Shown here piece after piece: positions 54,515 through 64,000 of a stretch of DNA of 64,000 nt. Numbering within the stretch: the stretch's first letter is position 1; each line of letters begins with the position of its first letter. The notes beneath the pieces are model-generated. The model saw only the letters and a list, made by a program, of their open reading frames with translations, made no database searches and was not told where the DNA came from. The translations under genes and the position numbers were made by a program. Origin of the DNA: Octopus sinensis (taxonomy: Eukaryota); contig NC_043004.1 of NCBI RefSeq assembly GCF_006345805.1, positions 98,642,001 through 98,706,000 of the forward strand, written 5' to 3'.

Positions 54515-54760
54515 AAATATTATTAGAGACAAAACCACTATTTTGCAAAACAAACAAGGAAAGACTTAATCAATACATAAAATTTTAATAAATAGTCAAA
54601 AAAACTGACTTATTGGAAGTCCACCTGAAGATTGTCGATCAAGACAAGAAACAATTGTAGTGGCGGTTTTTTTGACTATTTATTAAAATTTTATGTATTG
54701 ATTAAGTCTTTCCTTGTTTGTTTTGCAAAATAGTGGTTTTGTCTCTAATAATATTTTATA
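54511..54760. repeat. Perfect 95-nt fold-back (54511-54605 / 54666-54760) with a hammerhead in the loop
   Basis: No mismatch seen between the arms. Confidence 0.95.
54621..54663 (+). ncRNA. Minimal type-I hammerhead ribozyme, intact core
   Basis: ccac CTGAAGA ttgtc-gatcaa-gacaa GAAA caattg TA gtgg; palindromic stem III ACAATTGT; predicted cleavage after A54659. Confidence 0.88.
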
Positions 54761-54849
54761 ATATTTTACTATAAAATTGGATTTAATCCTAAATCTGATT
54801 TTTTCCCTGTAAATTTGGATTTATTCCCTAATATTTATTATTATTATAT

Positions 54850-54888
<39 letters not shown>

Positions 54889-55399
54889 ATCTATCTATCT
54901 ACCTATCTATCTATCTGTCTATCTATCTATCTGTCTATCTATTTATCTATCTATCTATCTATCTATCTATCTGTCTATCTATGTATATATCTTTCTATCT
55001 ATCTATTAATCTATATATATATATATACAACTAAAATACATGTGTGTGTCTTTGTATCTATAGTTCTCTTCTGCTGTGGCCTTGGTCCAACTGAAGCCTT
55101 GTGATTGAATTTGGTTGGTGGAAGTTCATGTCGTGTGTGTACATGTGTGGGAAAATGCTTGTCCTTCTTAACAGATAGGCGGGAAATCATTACTTCACTT
55201 GGAAATCGGTGGGGATTGGCAACAGGAAGGGTATCCAGCTGTAGAAAACCTGCTGCTACACAATTAGTGCTGTACATTTGTATGTATATTTTCTCCAGTC
55301 TGTGCCAGCATTTAAATGTTAAATGTGGATGTATTGTTTCTAAAATAAAAATTTGTATGTATTTAATGACTTACCCAAATTTAGTGTTTAATTTTTGCA

Positions 55400-55950
55400 T
55401 TTTTTAGAGAAGTCAAACATAAAATTATGTGACTGCTCAGTGAATATCTTCATAAAAGACCTGCAATTGATGCACAATGCTCTGTTCAGAGATGCAGCTA
55501 GAGAAACTGGCCCATCACTCATTTTCATTGAGAAGCTAGCATACATTCATTCTCTCTAGCTGATAGACCCATCTCTCATGATGCTTTCCTTTCTTTTATC
55601 TGGCTAATATGGCTTCTTCACATGCAAGAAAAATGTGAACCCTTTGTGAAGTAGAGCACTGGAAAAACCCATCATAAAAACAGGATTTTATCATAGGTAA
55701 GATGGGATTCTATAAGCCAAAATGAAAGCAACAATTTCAGGAGTACAACAAGTCTAATTAAATAATTATACCTGATGGGGAATGGCCTTATTTTCTCTAC
55801 AGTGCCAAATATGAGATAAATACACCATACTCCTCCTTTTGTGAATATCCTGCAAGAAGTTGGATATCAATCTGTAATGTTCTTGCCAGTAAATTATATC
55901 ACTTGATGGCATATTTGCAAGTGCAATGTTTTTGCTGATGGTCTGGGTCT
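55400..55950 (-). pseudogene. Old LINE RT relic; homologous piece at about 50700-50950
   Basis: HYRLIS..ILAYRIPSYL..DGFFQCSTSQRVHIF resembles YRPISL..NRL..GFR...S...IF; shares gaaaaacccatc..gattctataag with 50880-50942. Confidence 0.4.
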
Positions 55951-56169
55951 GGTTAAACACAGCTAAATTTCAATCAAAGACACAGATTGTATGAGGGTGC
56001 TTTTGATATAATTGTTTTCTATTCTGTTTTGTACTACATAATCCATCAACTTACCGCTTTATTTGTCTATGAAAGTGAAGTTGATGGATTCTTTTTGCTT
56101 TGTGTATTTGGTGAATATATATATATATATATTATATATATATATATATTGTGAAAGGATATATATATA

Positions 56170-56206
<37 letters not shown>

Positions 56207-56322
56207 GAAAGGATATATATATATATTGTGAAAGGATATATATATAATATATATATATTGTGAAAGAATATATATATATATATATAGTGTGTGAAAGATT
56301 TCAGATCATTTATAAATAGAAG

Positions 56323-56370
56323 GTCTTACAGCTGCTTCTGGGATATTTTATATATCCCTTCATCGGAGAC
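56323..56370 (-). ncRNA. Hammerhead copy with two core substitutions (CCGATGA, GAAG)
   Basis: Minus strand: gtct CCGATGA agggatat..atatccca GAAG cagctg TA agac. Confidence 0.65.
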
Positions 56371-56600
56371 AGTGTGAGAAAATGGATAAGCAATAGTTAT
56401 TCTAGATAGGATATGAAATAGATGTGAGATATGCAGGGATATTGTATCTGTAGTTCCATTATTTAAGGAGAATTGTATATATATATATTATATATATATA
56501 TATATATATCTATATGATTCCTATACCTTGTGAGTAAGTTCCAAAAGTATTTAAATTGGTCATTCCAAGCATAGAGTTTGTAAACGATGTTATTGAATCG

Positions 56601-56637
56601 AGGGATATATAAAATATCCTGGAAACAGCTGTAAGAA
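56601..56637 (+). ncRNA. 5'-truncated hammerhead (stem II, GAAA, stem III, GUA)
   Basis: agggatatataaaatatcctg GAAA cagctg TA agaa; CUGANGA missing. Confidence 0.55.
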
Positions 56638-56889
56638 CTTCTTTTTATAAATGTTCTGAAATCTTTCATAGCCTTGGATTTTTATCTCATTCTGTAGTTA
56701 TACTCTCGGTTTGGTAATAGTATGAGTGAGAAGTCCAATGCAGGTCTTGTGTGAGAATGTATATGTTAAATAAAATGAAACAACAAAACCAAGGCTGTAT
56801 GGAATATATCCATCTATAGCCATCATTTTCCAAAATAACTTCTGATATTGAACTCTACTATTTATCTCTACTTAACTCTCTCATGAAGT

Positions 56890-56937
56890 GTCTCTGATGA
56901 AGGGATATCCCTAATATCCCAGAAACAGCTGTAAGGC
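56890..56937 (+). ncRNA. Minimal type-I hammerhead ribozyme, near-intact
   Basis: gtct CTGATGA a gggatat-cccta-atatccc a GAAA cagctg TA aggc; palindrome ACAGCTGT; predicted cleavage after A56933. Confidence 0.78.
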
Positions 56938-57717
56938 TACCTTTCTCTTTATAAATGTCCTATAAAATCCACACTGCCTTGGTTTTGTTATCTCACTTAA
57001 TATAACATGGATATATCTGAATGTGTATATACAAATATATGCTCCTCTATATTTCCTTTTCTTCCCTCCTTCTTTGCTGCCCTCTGCCTTTCTTTCACTC
57101 TCCTTCTTTCCTTCTCTCTTCTCCTCACTCCCTTTGTTTCTTTCCTTTCTCCTCTCTCTTGCCCCCTTCCCCTCTGCTTGTTGATCACACGTGGCTAGAG
57201 GCCAGTTTTCACATCTCTGTCTTTTCTGGATGGGACGTCCAGCCAGCTGGACATCATTTCTCTCACCTCTCGATATTTTTCCTCTTCTATCATTCTTTTC
57301 TCTTCTATTTATTCTATATCATTTCAAAATTTCTCTCAAATGTTACCTATTACAATCCATCTTGGCCTAATGGCCCTTAACGTCTGTCTTTGTTGATTGT
57401 TTATTTTGTACATCCACTCTGGTGTCCTTTGTTCATTTGAAGCCCTAACCCTCCACAAATCTTATATTCTAAAAATTTGTGGATGCTGCTCTCTTATGAG
57501 TTTTTCCTTGAAAGCATGAAACAGGTAGTAATTAACAGTCAACAACTGAGGAGGAGTTAGATTTCTTTGGGTATTCACTCCTGTATTTAACTCTGTGCAT
57601 TAATATATTTTTCTCTCATTGATGATGTCTTGTACTTAATGTATGTTTTTTAGTTCTTTATAATTGAATGCCAAGCAGCCTTTGTCAACAGTATATAAAT
57701 AAATATATACATGAAGA

Positions 57718-58084
57718 TTCTTTTGTTTGTTTCAGTCATCTGACTGCAGCCACACTGGAGCACCACATTTAGTTGAACAAATCGACCCCAGGACTTATTC
57801 TTTGTAAGCCTAGTACTTATTCTATCAGTTCTTTTGCTGAACTGCTAAGTTATGGGGATGTAAACATACTAACATCGGTTGTCAGTCGATGGCAGGGGGA
57901 ACAAATACAGATACATAAACACACACACACATATATATGATGGGCTTCTTTCAGTTTCTGTCTACCAAATCCACTCACAAGGCTTTGGTCAGCCCCAGGC
58001 AATTGCCCAAGATGTCACGCAGTGGGACTGAACCTGGAACCACGTGGTTGGTAAGCAAGCTACTTACCACACAGCTCCTGAGCC
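57718..58084 (-). mobile_element. SINE family A
   Basis: Reverse complement of the family A consensus. Confidence 0.88.
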
Positions 58085-58087
58085 TAA

Positions 58088-58134
<47 letters not shown>

Positions 58135-58629
58135 TATATTTATTTATATTTGATATATATGATATATATTTATTAACTTATATACACACATATATACACA
58201 TATACATACATATACACATATATACATACATATACACACATAGACACATTCACATGCAGACATGTATTTATAAATATCTGCACAGAGACAAAATGTTTAA
58301 CAAAATAAGACAGCCTAAATTTACCTACTGATTAGATTGTCTCCTATCTTCATTTGCTTTAATAGACAAGTTTATGAAGTATTACACTACACAAGTCTTA
58401 CCAATTTTTGTTCTCTTAGTAATTATGTGTATTATTTACCTCAACATGGACTTCCATGTTTTATCAGGAATTTGTTTACTGATGTGACATACACAGAAAT
58501 AACTCGTGGTCTTCGTATGGCCAATGTAACAATTTATTCTCTCTTCATTTCAGTTGTTGTAAAAATGTGAAGTAAGCCTCCTACAACATCAAAAAAAGAA
58601 GGCATTAACCCATGAACATTCAGATTACT

Positions 58630-58966
58630 CACATTCTTGCTCACAACATCATAAGCGGAAAGTGTAACCTCTCGAAAGAGCTGTTCTTCACTCCTGCTCC
58701 AGAGCGTCGGCTGCGGGGTCATTCCGAAAAGCTCTATCTGCAAAGATTTCATCTCAATCGAAGGAGAGGGGCTTTCTCTGTCCGGGTTGCGGATCCGTGG
58801 AATAAGCTGCCGGACGAGATGGTGAAGATGCCGACGACCGCTCGGTTCAAAGTCTCCCTTGACCACAAGTGGCCTGAACTCTTTACATGAACACCACCCT
58901 GTACATAACTCCATGTCCCCCTACATGGCCTTGCTTTTTGAGCCAAAAAATTAACCAACTAACTAC
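58630..58966 (+). mobile_element. CR1-clade LINE 3' end (ORF2 C-terminus intact to the stop codon)
   Basis: RLRGHSEKL..RRGAFSVRVADPWNKLPDEMV..FKVSLD, the CR1 ORF2 C-terminal signature; short aact-type tail. Confidence 0.9.
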
Positions 58967-59168
58967 TCTGTCAAATATAATGCTTATTTATTCACTTGTA
59001 GCTTCAAGATTTTGATGATGTGTTTGTTTATTTTTGGAATTAGATTGTAGGTTAGGTGTGAGAGGCTGGATCTGGCCATTTTGAACATAAAACAGGTGAA
59101 AAACTATGTTTGGATATGGTCAGTTGAAATGCTAAAATGTCAATGCAGCTCTTCTATTTTTATCTATA

Positions 59169-59573
59169 GGCATAGGAGTGGCTGTGTGGTAAGTAGTTTG
59201 CTTATGAACCACATAGTTCCGGGTTCAGTCCCACTGCGTGGCACCTTGGGCAAGTGTCTTTTACTATAGCCTCAGGCCAACCAAAGCCTTGTGAGTGGAT
59301 TTGGTAGACAGAAACTGAAAGAAGCTCATCGTATATGTGAATATATATATGTATGTGTGTGTATATGTTTGTGTGTCTGTGTTTGTCCCCCTCTCCAACA
59401 TCACTTGTCAACCAATGCAGGTGTGTTTACATCCCTGTAACTTAGCGGTTCAGCAAAAGAGACCGATAGAATAAGTACTAGGCTTACAAAGAATAAGTTC
59501 TGGGGTCGATTTGCTCGACTAAAGGCAGTGCTCCAGCATGGCCACAGTCAAATGACTAAAACATGTAAAAGAG
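59169..59573 (+). mobile_element. SINE family A, full length
   Basis: Matches the family A consensus. Confidence 0.9.
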
Positions 59574-59914
59574 TTCCATCCAAAATTAGTTTAAGAATGT
59601 ATTGCTATTTCACTAACATTAAATTTTATATTAATTTTTATACCATCAGGTTGTACTATAGTTATTAATATGATAACTAATTCATAATCCTTGCATTTCA
59701 TTCTTGCTTATATTTTCAGGTTGCTCTCTCTGGCCGGGTAACCTTGTACTTCCTCTGCAGCCAGACACCTTTATCTGTCTCACTATAACCTTTCCATCAT
59801 CCAACACAAGATCACTTCCTTCAATGCCTCCCCACCTCTTGAAAGTTTTTATCTTGCAAGGACTTGGTGACCATGTCAGTGCAGGTGACACTTAAAACCA
59901 CGCAGTCTACACTG

Positions 59915-60178
59915 TTCAGTGGTTGGTGTTCGGAAGGACATCCAGTTGTAAAGACCTTGCCAAAACTGACCTCGCCTGTGCTTGTGCCATGAAAAAAGCA
60001 CTAAGTCCACTCTGCTGAGTGGTTGGTGTTAGGAAGGGCATCCAGCTGTAAAACTCCTGCCAAAACTGTCAGAGAAGTCTGGTGCAGTCTTCGGCCTAGC
60101 CAGTTTTTTTTTGAAGCATAGAAGGCAGACATTAAACGATGACGAAAACGACAACAATGACGTCAATGATGATGATGT

Positions 60179-60213
<35 letters not shown>

Positions 60214-60246
60214 ATGATGATGGTGGTGGTGGTGGTGTTGTTGTTG

Positions 60247-60278
<32 letters not shown>

Positions 60279-60319
60279 GATGATGGTGATGATGATGATG
60301 GTAATGATGATGGTGATGG

Positions 60320-60351
<32 letters not shown>

Positions 60352-60375
60352 ATGATGATGGTGGTGGTGGTGGTG

Positions 60376-60407
<32 letters not shown>

Positions 60408-60480
60408 GGTGGTGGTGATGATGGTGATGATGATGATGGTAATGATGATGGTGATGGTGATGATGATGATGATGATGGTG
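59915..60480 (+). mobile_element. RTE-type 3' tip whose (GAT)n tail runs into a duplicated GAT/GGT/GTT microsatellite
   Basis: ggttggtgttaggaagggcatccagctgt..gacattaaacgatgac followed by 340 bp of triplet repeats. Confidence 0.75.
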
Positions 60481-60647
60481 AAAAAAATTGTATGTTGTTT
60501 TTAAATGTTAGAAAAAAACACCTGGGAGAAAACTGCTTATTTTTTAAAATTTTGCACTTTGTATTAAAATGATGTCTGTAAAATATGTTTCAGATACCAG
60601 TGAACTATTTAGTTTACATTCAAACTTGAATAATATGAGTGATAGGT

Positions 60648-60860
60648 CTATTTTATATCCAGCATCAAAGGATATCAGTGAAATATATATTTCACATCCA
60701 GCAGCCAGATATCAGTCAAATACTCATTCTTACACCCAATATTAAAAGATATCGGTGAAATATCCATTTTTATATTTGATATCAAAAGGATAGCAGAGAA
60801 ATTTACCTTTATCCGATATGAATAGGATATCCATAAAATATTTATTTCATACCAAATGCC
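60648..60860 (+). repeat. About five degenerate ~40-bp tandem repeats
   Basis: Recurrent ttt(t)atatcc..a(a)aggatatc(a/g)gtgaaata core. Confidence 0.55.
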
Positions 60861-62060
60861 AATATATTATTTAGAATGTTCTTAACTTTGACGTGAATGC
60901 TTGTCAATTAATTAGTAGGTTAACAAATCATATCAAAACCAGAGGCTGGCATCTAATGATTTCTCTAAGTGAGTGCCAATTAGAAACTATAAGAAGCATT
61001 TATTATGAGTATTACTGTTGTGTGTCAGTCACAGGTCGACCATGTGACTGAAACCTATGATTTAAGTTCAATCCATGATCCTGCTATCTAGAACTATACT
61101 ATCTAATATGTCCTTCCTTTTTTAAGACTATGAAGTGTGATTTAGCTGCTGCTTCTAGCAGGCCTACAAGCTGTATAGTGGTTGTCTTGTGTAACGAATG
61201 TGGTATTTTGTGAGACAGAGATAAGTGCTGAATGTGAAAGAGTTGCTGCTGAAACTGAAGAGAAATGAAGAATTATCATATGCTGAATGTGCAATATTCA
61301 TTTGTAAGAGAAAAAATCATGTAGACACAGGAGAATGTAGGAGAGAGAGAGAGAGAGAAAGAGAGAAAAGTGAGTGAGACAAAGTGTGAGTAAGAGAGGG
61401 ACATAGTGTAAAACGATCAAGTCATATTTCAACCTGTTAAGACTCATCGGCAGTGTGAGAGTGGAGACGAACTGTATAGTAGATGCTTTTATTATAATTA
61501 TTGAGTGAGAGTATAGCACATGCCATCAGAATGACACTGGGGCACAAATATATGAAGCTCAATATTCACATTATGACTATTTATGTGATAAGGGTACACC
61601 AGGCACATGCATCACAACTATATATGTGCGCGACATGGTGATCTCATATTAACATAAACAGTATATGACTTTCCAGGTGGGGCCCAGTAAGAATTTTCTT
61701 CAGGTTGAGTAGCTGATCTTGCTCAAAAGGTCCCTGAATAAGGTTTGTTTAAGAATGTTGAACAAAACACCCGTGTTCCCAGAAGTGAATTATTCAAACC
61801 CCAACGAATTATTTTCAACACATGGCTAAAATGCTCTACCACTAATTCTGCTTCTAATCAGAAATGCATATATTGTCAGCTGCCAAAGGACATCCTCAAC
61901 TGGTTAGGGTCAAACAAATGACAAGCAAATCTGTGGTATTGAGTAGATTATTTGTTGTAGCTCATATTTTATTTCAAGGTAAAACATGTACCTGATAACA
62001 CTTCTAATCAGTTAAGATCATTAACCATGAGAGCCAGTGCCTGGTATTGAATCAAGACAT

Positions 62061-62484
62061 ACTCTACTCTACTCTTTTACTCTTTTACTCTTTTACTTGT
62101 TTCAGTCATTTGACTGCGGTCATGCTGGAGCACCGCCTTTAGTCGAGCAAATTGATCCCGGGACTTATTCTTTGTAAGCCCAGTACTTATTCTATTGGTC
62201 TCTTTTGCCGAACCGCTAAGTGACGGGGACGTAAGCACACCAGCATCGGTTGTCAAGCAATGCTAGAGGGACAAACAAACATATACATACACATACATAC
62301 ATACATATATATACATATATACGACAGGCTTCTTTCAGTTTCCGTCTACCAAATCCACTCACAAGGCATTGGTCGGCCCGAGGCTATAGCAGAAGACACT
62401 TGCCCAAGATGCCACACAGTGGGACTGAACCCAGAACCATGTGGTTGGTAGGCAAGCTACTTACCACACAGCCACTCCTGCGCC
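62061..62484 (-). mobile_element. SINE family A, full length, young
   Basis: Many CpGs retained; AAAAGAGT tail repeats. Confidence 0.92.
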
Positions 62485-62534
62485 TATTATTATATATATT
62501 ATTATTATATTTTTATTATTATTTTATTGTCCTT

Positions 62535-62930
62535 ACACATTGTCTAACACTGGAGATGTACAATGACGTCAGCTGTTCACTATCTGTGAACTAAGGTAAC
62601 ACCCAGAATATCGGAGTGGTTACGAACAGTGCTGTTTTCTACAAGTGCTCCACCCTTATTTGTTCCATGTACTTCTATTTGTTCCATGTACTTCTCAAGA
62701 TTTTTAATCACTGTTCCCAAGGCTCTGACAATCATTGGTACTACAACCACCTTTTTCAGCCACCACAACTGCTTTACCTCCCAAGCTAACCAGTCATATT
62801 TATCGACTTTTCTTTCTTCCTTATTGCATACCTTCTTCTCAGCTGGGTGTGCTATATCTATGATCCAGCATCATTTGCTTTCTTTCTCAGTTAACACTAT
62901 GTCTGGTTTCCTATTCTCTATCTCATAGTC
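62535..62930 (-). mobile_element. R4/Dong-clade LINE 3' end with (TAA)-rich tail
   Basis: KVDKYDWLAWEVKQLWWLKKVVVVPMIVRALGTV; 3' UTR ttaccttagttcacag..gtacatctccagtgttag shared with the 25893 copy. Confidence 0.8.
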
Positions 62931-63042
62931 GCACTGAATCATAAAATCCAATAAGATCTTTGCATTATTATTTTCAATGATGCCTTCGGGTTTATGTTCG
63001 TACCACATTTTTGCTCTCTCTTATTATTATAATTATTATTAA

Positions 63043-63073
<31 letters not shown>

Positions 63074-63329
63074 TCTGTCAAGGAAGGATGTTATGTTTTC
63101 ATCGGCGTTGGTTTGTCCGTCTGTGTGCAAAATAACTCAAAATGTTGTAAACGGTATTTGATGAAACTTGCAGGAAATGTTGGTAATGACAGAAGGAACA
63201 GATGATGAAATTTTGGTAGTGATCCGGAATTTTTTATGGATTCTTGTTGTTATTAATATTATTATTATTATTACTATCATTATTATTATTATTATTATTA
63301 TTATCATTATTTTTACTTTTAATTTGTTA

Positions 63330-63560
63330 CAGTCACTGGCCAAGACACACTCAACGTCCTGGGGTGAGTGAAAGAGAAGAGATGTTACAATATGGCTGAA
63401 AGCTTGGGGAGGAGAGGTTGGGAAAAAAGGGATGTCAGAAACATCTAGATAAGATCCCAGGAGAACCATGTCTCAGAGAAATGCAAAAGATTGTACTGAC
63501 AAGTACTGCCCACAACCTTAGAAAAACCCCATCCATTTACATGTCAGTGCTGTTTAACAT
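63330..63560 (+). mobile_element. R4/Dong-clade LINE C-terminal fragment between (ATT)n arrays
   Basis: KKGCQKHLDKIPGEPCLREMQKIVLTSTAHNLRK, similar to 26772-26998. Confidence 0.7.
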
Positions 63561-63660
63561 GAAAATATTTCACTACTTATTATCATTATTACCATTATTA
63601 TTATTATTGTTTTTGTTGTTGTTGCTGCTGTTATCGTTATTATTATTATTGTTGTTGTTG

Positions 63661-63703
<43 letters not shown>

Positions 63704-63734
63704 CATCATTATCATTATTATTATTATTATTAAG

Positions 63735-63950
63735 TCTGTAGGTTGGCCAAATAGTTAACCCTCAGACAAAATGCATAATGGTATTTCTTATGACTCTTTA
63801 CATTGTGAGTTCAAATCCTGCTGAGCTCAACTTTACCTTTCATCTTTTCGGGGGTCAATAAAATAAGTACCAGTGAAACAGAGATGCTGATGTAATCAAC
63901 TTGCCTTCACTATCTCAAAATTACTGGTCTTGTACCAAGCTTTGAAACAA
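63735..63950 (+). mobile_element. SINE family B1 in (ATT)n
   Basis: gtgagttcaaatcctgctgagctcaactttacctttcatc core. Confidence 0.75.
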
Positions 63951-64000
63951 TTAACTTATTATTATCATTATAGACTTGCAGGAGTGGCTGTGTGGTAAGT

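Overview
AT-rich, microsatellite-saturated eukaryotic DNA, most likely an Octopus (coleoid cephalopod) genome. This is inferred from its tRNA-headed SINE families, RTE/CR1 LINEs and simple-repeat density; no database search was run. No intact, recognisable protein-coding gene is present, and almost all ORFs in the track are translations of microsatellites or minisatellites. The window is a patchwork of mobile-element relics: RTE LINEs (one long copy with RT), a CR1 3' end, R4/Dong-type restriction-like-endonuclease LINE ends, Penelope-like relics, a mariner transposase fragment, pogo-, hAT- and piggyBac-like non-autonomous elements, and three SINE families. The most striking unannotated signal is a set of nine minimal type-I hammerhead ribozyme motifs from about six unrelated sequence families (12115, 14064, 34553, 36376, 36689, 54621, 56323, 56601, 56890). 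Several have intact catalytic cores and palindromic stem III. Many sit inside or on the arms of fold-back inverted repeats, and two lie in tandem with cleavage sites exactly 300 nt apart, a Penelope-pLTR/retrozyme-like architecture. Other points are a SINE and LINE set embedded in (ATT/TAA)n microsatellites, a candidate promoter and first exon at about 29.8-30.0 kb, a 27-bp minisatellite, and an F-box-like ORF candidate. Repeat boundaries were read by eye and are approximate.
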